Source: Cyclobacteriaceae bacterium (GTDB lineage: Bacteria > Bacteroidota > Bacteroidia > Cytophagales > Cyclobacteriaceae). Taken from it: a stretch of 64,000 bases of DNA. This document shows positions 49,881 through 57,219 of the stretch, in pieces. Made by a program: the position numbers and the translations under genes. The notes below the pieces were generated by a model, which was not told the DNA's origin, made no database searches, and saw only the letters and a list, made by a program, of their open reading frames with translations. How positions within the stretch are numbered: position 1 is the stretch's first letter; the number at the start of each line of letters is the position of its first letter. The DNA is taken from assembly GCA_040905205.1 (NCBI GenBank), contig JBBDSB010000695.1, forward strand, positions 372-64,371, written 5' to 3'.

Positions 49881-50152
49881 TACTTTTTCAAAGCCGCTCA
49901 GGAATTCTTTGATTTCTTTGACGCAGATAAGTTTCTATTATATTCAGGGAAGAGGAAAACTGGTTATCCCTCATAAACCGCACTCTATGGATTCTTTTTT
50001 ATCCAATCCATCAACATTTTATTTGTACCCTATCCATATTATTTCCCTCTTATTTTATTATCAGCCATTAACCAAAATAAACAGACATAATTTATACCAA
50101 ATAATTGGCTTTAATTGTTTGCGTTTTAAAAATTAAAGTTAAATATTTAAAA

Positions 50153-50162
50153 TGTAGCACAT
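50153..50162. promoter_or_regulatory. candidate GntR operator TGTAGCACAT (copy 2, upstream of the sialidase gene)
   Basis: ATGT-agc-ACAT dyad 44 nt upstream of the sialidase ATG. The 10-mer is identical to copy 1. Confidence 0.4.
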
Positions 50163-50205
50163 ATTATTATATTTAAATAATCCGATATCCATAAACGGAC
50201 TGAAA

Positions 50206-51345
50206 ATGAAAATAAGCATTTTGAAAGTTATAACCCTCTTATCCCTCACCTTCCTTTTTTCCTGCAAAACGACTGAGAAAAACCCTTTTTGGGGTAATGG
50301 TAAGCCATACTTTGAAAGCCAGCAGCTATTTTCTGATGAAAGATTTCCCAATGTAGTGGCGGCGTTGGACGGAAGCATTGTAACCACTTGGGGAAACAAG
50401 AACATCAGAGTCAGGCGAAGTGAGGACGGGGGCAAAACATGGCAAGATCCCATTTCGGTGGCCAACCCGGGTTTTCAGGGTGGAGGCACCACGGTGGATG
50501 AAACCAATGGTGATATCCTGCTTTTTGTGGAAGAACATCATCCGGAGGCCCCATTAAGGTTTTTTCGAAGTCAGGACCAGGGAAAATCATGGAAGGAAGA
50601 GAAAGTAATCATCCATCCGGATGAAAAAGGAAACGTTCCTTCCATGCACATGAACGAAAGGGGTATTACCCTGGAGCATGGTGCTCATAAGGGAAGACTA
50701 ATCCGTCCCACACGATCCTATACAGGAGGCAATGAGAGGGAATATTGGCCAGAGCATTATACCAATGCCATTTACAGTGACGATGGCGGAAAAACCTGGT
50801 ACACCAGTGCCCCTTTTCCCGCCATGGGAACAGGAGAAGCCGCCATAGCGGAACTATCAGACGGCACCATTTACTATAATTCCAGAAGGCACTTGTCCAC
50901 CGACGGGCGTGATCCAAAGAAAAGGCACATTGCTTGGAGTTATGACAGTGGTGAAACCTGGGAGGATTTATCAGTAAGTGAAACCCTGCCCGATGGTGAT
51001 CAAAACCGGAATTACGGATTAATGGGCGGTTTGGTACGCTTACCAATAGCCGATCATGATATTTTGATTTTCAGCAATATCATCTCCCCGGAAGGGAGAA
51101 CTAACGGGACTGTTTGGGCAAGTTTTGACGGAGGCAAATCATGGCCGGTAAAACGCACCGTAGATACCGGAGGATTTGCCTACTCTTCCCTTGCTGCAGG
51201 TAGGGAAGGTACACCCAGCGAAGGATTAATTTACTTGTTTTATGAAGGCGGAGGTCCTCCCATTAATGGCGGTAACATCGCCATCTTCAACCTGCCTTGG
51301 ATCACAGAAGGAAAAGACTGGAAAAGCTTCCTTCCTGAAAAATAA
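50206..51345 (+). CDS. BNR/Asp-box repeat exo-alpha-sialidase-like lipoprotein (GH33-like)
   Basis: Lipobox LFSC. Five Asp-boxes (SEDGGKTW, SQDQGKSW, SDDGGKTW, SYDSGETW, SFDGGKSW). An RFP variant of the RIP motif sits near the N-terminus. Confidence 0.75.
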   Translation: MKISILKVITLLSLTFLFSCKTTEKNPFWGNGKPYFESQQLFSDERFPNVVAALDGSIVTTWGNKNIRVRRSEDGGKTWQDPISVANPGFQGGGTTVDETNGDILLFVEEHHPEAPLRFFRSQDQGKSWKEEKVIIHPDEKGNVPSMHMNERGITLEHGAHKGRLIRPTRSYTGGNEREYWPEHYTNAIYSDDGGKTWYTSAPFPAMGTGEAAIAELSDGTIYYNSRRHLSTDGRDPKKRHIAWSYDSGETWEDLSVSETLPDGDQNRNYGLMGGLVRLPIADHDILIFSNIISPEGRTNGTVWASFDGGKSWPVKRTVDTGGFAYSSLAAGREGTPSEGLIYLFYEGGGPPINGGNIAIFNLPWITEGKDWKSFLPEK

Positions 51346-51394
51346 CGTTTGACATAAATATAAGGAACCAAAGATCCTTATAATAAAAACCATC

Positions 51395-51874
51395 ATGCCA
51401 AGAAACCTGACCAACATGCAGTGGTTCAATAAACCTCCTAAAATCGGAAAAGAAACCCCTCCCCACCAGGATGGATATTATTTTATGCTTGATCCCAGCG
51501 AAGCGGTAACCATGTGGCTAGTCCTGGAGGATGTAGATGAAGAGAATGGATGCGTAAGGTACATTCCAGGTTTCCATCAGGAAGGGCTGCGAGCACATGG
51601 CGGTACCGGGGTATTCAGCTTCTCACAAGGAATAATCAATTATGAGCAAAAAGATAAATTAAAGGAAATTCCAATGCTGGTGGGAGCCGGTGACCTACTG
51701 GTCCATCCCAGTATGACCATCTATAGGGCAAATGCCAACACCGGTACGAGGACCAGGATGGGGATGGGGTTGGGCTTGATTTACTACTCTTCTGTTGCAA
51801 GGGAAAACAAAGAAAAACAAGCGCTTAAGAATGCATTGGGCCATACTTCCTTTTTTAAATGGGCATCCCAATGA
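51395..51874 (+). pseudogene. phytanoyl-CoA dioxygenase (PhyH) family fragment, 5'-truncated
   Basis: The 159-aa ORF starts just before the HQDGYYF (H-x-D) iron motif, so about 100 N-terminal residues typical of the family are missing and stops lie in frame upstream. Where family members carry the distal iron-binding His, the sequence reads TIYRANAN (Tyr). Confidence 0.55.
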
Positions 51875-52004
51875 TTTGGATTCAGAAAACCGGCTAAATC
51901 ATCATGGGAACCCTTTTTGATGGGTTGTTGATTGGGAAAGGCTGTGACAGTCTCGCCTGGCTGGGCATTCCCACGGCTTTCACAGAACAAAACCCTATCT
52001 AAGC

Positions 52005-52315
52005 CTACCGATGACGGATTTGTACCGTTACTGCGAGGGTGCCAACAGGAATTAAAAGCGTATCGAAAAAAAACCAGGCACCCTTGGCAGTTTGTAGGAA
52101 TACGTATTCGCCATGGCGATGTTGCTGTCCTTTTTCGATGAACTTATGTCCACGCTCCGGATCAGATTGCTCCCTTTTCAGGCTGAGCCTGCCGAAGCCC
52201 GCTAGGCTACCAATGACGGGTTTGTTAAATAATTGGAATTCAATGAGTTGATAAAGCGCATCGTCATCCCGATTTCTGCGTTTTAAAAAATGTTAATTCT
52301 ACCTATGACGGTTTT
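52005..52315 (+). repeat. three dispersed copies of a 17-nt motif CTACC-N-ATGACGG-N-TTT
   Basis: Copies at 52005-52021 (ctaccgatgacggattt), 52207-52223 (ctaccaatgacgggttt) and 52299-52315 (ctacctatgacggtttt), all in a stretch with no convincing CDS. Confidence 0.6.
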
Positions 52316-52480
52316 TTGCTGAAATTAGGTCGAAAACCTATGTTCATCAATGAGCGATGCTCCTTTTTGCTTTTTTAATAACAGGGGGTTGATTACAATT
52401 GGCAGATTGTCAAGAAGAAAGCCGTTTAGTTATATGATAGTTTATTGCTTATGGATGCTAAGAAAAAAACCATCTGGATA

Positions 52481-52530
52481 TAAAAAACCCAAAAGACCCT
52501 GAACCCGGATTTAAAATCCGGGTTCAGGGC
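52481..52530 (-). terminator. intrinsic terminator of the histone-H1-like gene
   Basis: CCCTGAACCCGGAT-ttaaa-ATCCGGGTTCAGGG, a 14-bp perfect stem. On the minus strand it is followed by UCUUUUGGGUUUUUU. Confidence 0.8.
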
Positions 52531-52563
52531 TTGCTTTCTTTATCATCAATTGAAGATTAACCC

Positions 52564-52740
52564 TTACTTTGATTTCTTGATTTCCGAAACTTCAGTTCGG
52601 ATTTCCTGGGCCAATTTCTTGATTTCCATCATGCCATTTCTAACCCTGGTTCCGGCAGCTTTATTACCATTACCATAAAATTTCTCAAAATCATCTTCTA
52701 AAGATGAAATCAAATCTTTTACTTCGCTGAATCTACTCAT
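52564..52740 (-). CDS. histone H1-like (Hc1-type) small basic DNA-binding protein, 58 aa
   Basis: Hand translation: MSRFSEVKDLISSLEDDFEKFYGNGNKAAGTRVRNGMMEIKKLAQEIRTEVSEIKKSK. The KAAGTR(V/L)R core is typical of the about 60-aa histone H1-like proteins annotated in Bacteroidota. It is below the ORF-track size cutoff and has a strong terminator. Confidence 0.7.
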   Translation of the reverse strand: MSRFSEVKDLISSLEDDFEKFYGNGNKAAGTRVRNGMMEIKKLAQEIRTEVSEIKKSK

Positions 52741-53054
52741 TGAATCTGTTTTTAAGTTTAAATAAAATTAAAATCACGTGAAGGTAAAAGAGTTTTTGCA
52801 ATTTTCCCAACTAGTGGACCATTCTAAGGCATATTATACCAATAAAACAACAATTAAATGGATAGGCACATAAAATTGTATAGAAATTTCTAAATTGATA
52901 CCATCAAATTACAAGTGAGAATTGAAATTGATAACCGCTTGTTTGTCAAGTGGTAATACGATGAGGAAATGATAAACGTAGTGGACACTACTATCGTCTC
53001 GGTTTTGAAATAATTAAACATTAAAAGATATTATTACCTTTTTATATTTTTTTG

Positions 53055-53062
53055 TACTTTTG
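53055..53062 (+). promoter_or_regulatory. -7 box TActTTTG upstream of hmp
   Basis: TACTTTTG lies 73 nt upstream of the hmp ATG. A perfect palindrome GGAATTAATTCC (53077-53088) lies just downstream of it. Confidence 0.4.
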
Positions 53063-53135
53063 TCCCCCGGTCGGATGGAATTAATTCCGGCCAGGAATCG
53101 ATTAAATTATTTTACAGCCCTAAATCAATTTTCAG

Positions 53136-54349
53136 ATGATTGACAAAAAACAACAGCAAATTATCACAGCAACTGTCCCCATTTTGAGAGAACATGGTTT
53201 GACACTCACCACCCATTTCTATAAAAGGATGTTTCAGCACCATCCCGAGTTGAAAAACATGTTCAATATGGGAAACCAGAAGAACGGAAAGCAACAGCAA
53301 GCCCTGGCAATGGCCATATTGGGATATGCCGAACATATATCCAATCCTGCTGTACTCTTAGAGGATTTACACCGTATTGGACACAAGCATGTTAGTCTTG
53401 AAATCCGGCCGGAACATTATCCCATTGTGGGAAATCACCTAATAGCCGCAATAAAGGAGGTTTTAGGAGATCTTGCCACCGAGGATATTTTAAACGCCTG
53501 GGAAGCGGCTTATTACCAATTAGCAGAGCTGATGATGAGTGTAGAAGCGGACATGTACCGAAAATTGACAACCGAACCGGGAGGATGGACGGGATGGCGT
53601 CCTTTTAAGGTAGAAAAAAAAAAGTTGAGTCCTCAGAAATTACCTCATTTTACCTGTACCCATCGGATAAAGGAAAGGTTATACCACACCTACCAGGGCA
53701 ATTTATAAGTCTAAAGCTCTTTTTACCCGATCTAGGCCTCAATCAGGCCAGACAATACAGCATTTCCAGTGTGCCCGACGAGCAATATTATAGAATTTCG
53801 GTCAAGAGGGAGAATGGAAAACAACCCAACACCAATGGGATGATCAGTAACTATCTTCACGATGAAGTGAAAGAAGGGGATATCCTTGAACTCACAGCAC
53901 CCGCCGGCAATTTCACATTGGACGATGAGAAAAAAATGCCCTTGGTTTTGATCAGTGGTGGAGTTGGAGTAACGCCTTTGATAAGTATGCTACAAAGTGC
54001 CATAGAGAACAACCATGAGCAATCAATCACCTGGGTTCATGGCTGTAGGAGCCAGGAGGTTCATGCTTTTGGGGATGACATTCTCGAATTGATAAGTGGA
54101 AAAGACAATTTGGAACAATATGTTTTCTATGATCAGATTACAGAAAATGACAAAACTAAAGGCATTTTAGAAGGCCCTATAGAACTGAAAAGGATTCCTG
54201 TTTTAAAAATAGAAAAAGAAACCCATTTTTACATTTGTGGTCCGGCTGGATTCATTGAAAAACAATACCATGATTTAATGGGCTTGGGCGTCGATCATAA
54301 GGCCGTTTTTTATGAAGAATTTGGCCCACAACAGCTTTTATTGAATTAA
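53136..54349 (+). pseudogene. hmp: flavohemoglobin (NO dioxygenase) interrupted by a frameshift in an A10 run
   Basis: ORF 53136-53708 covers the globin domain up to GGWTGWRPFKVEKKK. After the A10 run (53614-53623) the next frame continues collinearly with Hmp (VESSEITSFYLYP...RQYSISS...YRISVKRE...APAGNF...ISGGVGVTP...YICGP...FGP) to 54349. A run of 11 or 8 A would restore one frame. Confidence 0.85.
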
Positions 54350-54366
54350 AAGAAACCTACAAAAAT

Positions 54367-54399
54367 AATAAAGGACAATTTTGTCCTTTATTATTTTTT
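54367..54399 (+). terminator. intrinsic terminator after hmp
   Basis: AATAAAGGACA-attt-TGTCCTTTATT followed by a T run. Confidence 0.7.
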
Positions 54400-54505
54400 C
54401 TTTACCTTTGTTTCAAGAAAAGATAAAATTCCTGAAAATCAAAATCAAATCATTAAAGGATTTTTTGGTATTAATATCCTATTGTAATATATTTAAAATA
54501 CTGTA

Positions 54506-55261
54506 ATGATGGAAAATACAAAACAAGAAACAATTGGAGCTTTGGTAGCAAAAGATTATCGTCTGGCCCCGGTATTTGAAGCCTTTGGAATCGACTTTTG
54601 CTGCAAAGGAAACCGGTCTATAGAAGAAGCATGTGAAAAACAAAATATAGAAGCCGAACCGGTACGTATAGCTGTGAATAAAATGCTGAATTCCTCCAAT
54701 GAAGGCGCGCAGGACTTTAACTTTTGGCCCCTGGACCTTTTGGCTGATTATATTCAGAAAAAACACCACCGCTATGTGGAGGAACGGATTCCACTCTTAC
54801 AACAATACCTGGATAAACTTTGCCAAGTACATGGACAGGCGCATCCGGAATTATTCGAAATCACCGAACTTTTCAATCAGAGTGCCGGTGAATTGACCGC
54901 CCACATGAAAAAGGAAGAATTCATTTTGTTTCCCCATGTCAGTAAAATGCTGAAGGACCATGAAAACCAGGCATCAGAAAAATCTCAACCCCATTTTGGT
55001 TCCGTGAAAAATCCGATTAGCATGATGATGGCCGAGCACGAAAACGAAGGAGAGCGGTTTGAAAAAATCGCTGTACTTACAGATGATTTTACACCTCCGG
55101 AAGATGCATGCAGTACTTACCGCGTTACTTATGCCTTACTGGGTGAATTCAAGTCCGATTTGCATCAACATATTCACCTGGAAAACAATATCCTTTTCCC
55201 AAAGGCCATTGAAATGGAAGAAAAGGGGCTAGCCTCCGGGAAAAAAAATACTGTTTCTTGA
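54506..55261 (+). CDS. ytfE: iron-sulfur cluster repair di-iron protein (RIC / YtfE / ScdA)
   Basis: 251 aa. ScdA_N-type N-terminus (FGIDFCCKGNRSIEEAC) plus a hemerythrin-like domain (HHRYVEE..., HMKKEEFILFP, MMAEHE, HIHLENNILFP). Confidence 0.85.
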   Translation: MMENTKQETIGALVAKDYRLAPVFEAFGIDFCCKGNRSIEEACEKQNIEAEPVRIAVNKMLNSSNEGAQDFNFWPLDLLADYIQKKHHRYVEERIPLLQQYLDKLCQVHGQAHPELFEITELFNQSAGELTAHMKKEEFILFPHVSKMLKDHENQASEKSQPHFGSVKNPISMMMAEHENEGERFEKIAVLTDDFTPPEDACSTYRVTYALLGEFKSDLHQHIHLENNILFPKAIEMEEKGLASGKKNTVS

Positions 55262-55422
55262 CAAAAAAATCCAGGACTTTGTGCGATAAATATAAGATTG
55301 AAAGGATTAAGGTGACCTTTTTATACCTCACTTTTATAAATATTATACTCAAAATATTACCATACTTGTACATTTTAAAGTAAAATATTACCTTAGAAGA
55401 GTATAATGTAAATCCTTATCGA

Positions 55423-56652
55423 ATGAAAAAGTTCTGGATTTTATTATCATTTTCAAATTTTTTAATTGCTGCTCTCTTTGGTCTTATTCTCCGGGGTGCC
55501 TTTGTCTGGGAGATAAATTGGGTGGAATACCGGAACCTTATGCATGGCCATTCCCATGTGGCCATGCTAGGTTGGGTGTACATGGCTCTCTATGCCTTAT
55601 TTTGGCGTCGGTTTCTTCCGGCATCCAAACGCAAAAACAGATCCTATTCCAGATTGTTTTGGTTTACGCAAATCACCGTTATTGGGATGATGGTCAGTTT
55701 TCCGCTTCAGGGCTATGCTGCCATATCCATCACATTTTCTACCCTTCATATTTTAGCCAGTTATGCTTTTGTTTACCGGATTTGGAAAGACCACAATATC
55801 AGCCATCCGGCAGTGAAAAAGTTGTTTTATGCGGCATTGGTATTTTTAATCTTATCCACTTTTGGGGTGTGGATTTTGGGACCTTTAGTCGTTTCTGGTG
55901 GTCGAAGTACTGCTTTGTACCAGGTGGCCATACAGTTTTACCTGCATTTTCAATTCCACGGATGGTTTACCTTTGCCGTTTTGGCCTTATTACTCGACAC
56001 TGTTCTCCGCCTAAATTGGGAAAAGAATGATCATGTTTTCAACTGGTTCTTTTATTTGTTCATCAGTTCCACCCTATTGTCCTTTGGTTTGGTATTATTT
56101 TGGGCTTATGGGAAGGAATCCTTTTGGTGGATCAACAACCTGGGTATACTATTTCAACTGGTGGGTTTTGGGCTCTTCTTTCTGTTCTCATGGAAAAAAA
56201 TCCATTTTCTGCAAAAAAATTGGTCATTCACAGAAAACCTTGCCTTTGGGTTTGGCTTTTTTTCCTGGATGATGAAAATCGGTATACAGAGCATGGTCAT
56301 CTTTCGGGAAGCAGCTGTTTCAGCCACCACTATCCGTCCCTTAATGATGGGATTTATACACCTTACCGTATTAGGCTTTGTATCTGCCTTTTTGATTTTT
56401 TTCTTTTCCAATTTAGGATTGTTACGGATAAGCTCCCATATATTTTTGTTGGGTTTAACCATTTTTATTGCCGGTTTTGCATTTACAGAAATCACGCTGT
56501 TTACCCAAGGTATCTTTTACTGGATGCAGTGGGGCCAGTTGCCCTATTATTACGAATTATTATTTGTTTTATCAGCATTTTTACCATTATCTATTTTATT
56601 TTTTATTATTAATATAAATTTTACAATTGTAAAAATCAATTTAAATAGTTAA
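55423..56652 (+). CDS. uncharacterised 12-TM histidine-rich membrane protein (distantly NnrS-like?)
   Basis: 409 aa, about 12 hydrophobic helices, with His in or near helices (H41/H43/H45, H109, H175/H179, H313, H339). HSHVAMLGW fits the H-x-H-x4-G-[FW] pattern I recall from NnrS (HAHEMLFGF), and IHLTVLGF resembles NnrS LHALTVGA. This is a memory-based assignment only. The ORF ends 15 nt before the cytochrome c gene. Confidence 0.55.
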   Translation: MKKFWILLSFSNFLIAALFGLILRGAFVWEINWVEYRNLMHGHSHVAMLGWVYMALYALFWRRFLPASKRKNRSYSRLFWFTQITVIGMMVSFPLQGYAAISITFSTLHILASYAFVYRIWKDHNISHPAVKKLFYAALVFLILSTFGVWILGPLVVSGGRSTALYQVAIQFYLHFQFHGWFTFAVLALLLDTVLRLNWEKNDHVFNWFFYLFISSTLLSFGLVLFWAYGKESFWWINNLGILFQLVGFGLFFLFSWKKIHFLQKNWSFTENLAFGFGFFSWMMKIGIQSMVIFREAAVSATTIRPLMMGFIHLTVLGFVSAFLIFFFSNLGLLRISSHIFLLGLTIFIAGFAFTEITLFTQGIFYWMQWGQLPYYYELLFVLSAFLPLSILFFIININFTIVKINLNS

Positions 56653-56667
56653 CATACATAAAATAAA

Positions 56668-57195
56668 ATGTTTTCAACTAAACGTGTACAATTTATGAGA
56701 AATCTAACCATAATCAATTTGATGGGCATCGCCCTGTTTCTTTTCTCCTGTGGTTCGGGAAGCAATAAGGACCAAACGGCCTCCGATACCCAAGTTGTTG
56801 AACCTGAGGTCCCACAATCCATTGCAGAAGGCAAAGGCATAGGCGAGATCAACGAGGTAAACCTGGAGGAAGAATTGAATCCTGATATGGTAAAAATGGG
56901 CAAATCGATTTATGACATGAAATGCTCTGCCTGCCACAAATTAACCGATCAGCGTGTAGTAGGTCCCGGATTTCAGGGAGTCACCAATCGCAGAAAGCCT
57001 GAATGGATCATGAACATGATTACCAATGTGGATGTCATGTTGGAAAAAGATCCTAATGCAAGGGCCATGCTGGAAGAATGCCTCACCAGGATGCCCAATC
57101 AAAATGTTTCCGTCGGTGATGCCAGGAGTATTCTGGAGTTTTTCCGTAATAATGATATGGAAAAAACAGGCACCAAGGACCAGGCAACTTCATAA
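56668..57195 (+). CDS. monoheme c-type cytochrome lipoprotein
   Basis: Lipobox LFSC, a single CSACH heme-binding motif and a distal Met (RMPNQ). It sits immediately upstream of nosZ. An alternative start lies at 56697. Confidence 0.8.
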   Translation: MFSTKRVQFMRNLTIINLMGIALFLFSCGSGSNKDQTASDTQVVEPEVPQSIAEGKGIGEINEVNLEEELNPDMVKMGKSIYDMKCSACHKLTDQRVVGPGFQGVTNRRKPEWIMNMITNVDVMLEKDPNARAMLEECLTRMPNQNVSVGDARSILEFFRNNDMEKTGTKDQATS

Positions 57196-57219
57196 CCACC
57201 CCTTTAAACTCAAATAACT

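Noticed and set aside
51932-52251. Two overlapping about 70-aa plus-strand ORFs and one minus-strand ORF (51784-51990) in the decay zone
   Set aside because: They are mutually overlapping, have no motifs and span the short repeat copies. They are most likely artefacts of repeat or relic sequence.
52895-52907. FNR/CRP-like site TTGATaccATCAA upstream of hmp
   Set aside because: The half-sites are right but the spacer is 3 nt, not the canonical 4 (TTGAT-N4-ATCAA). I would not call it an FNR-family box without further evidence. It also overlaps the AAATTGATA direct repeat.
55518-56612. Two 170-aa same-strand alternative-frame ORFs inside the 12-TM gene (plus 56027-56272)
   Set aside because: The annotated frame gives a coherent 12-helix membrane protein over the full length. 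The T-rich, A-poor coding strand of hydrophobic genes suppresses stop codons in the other frames. The alternative translations are Cys/His/Trp-rich nonsense.
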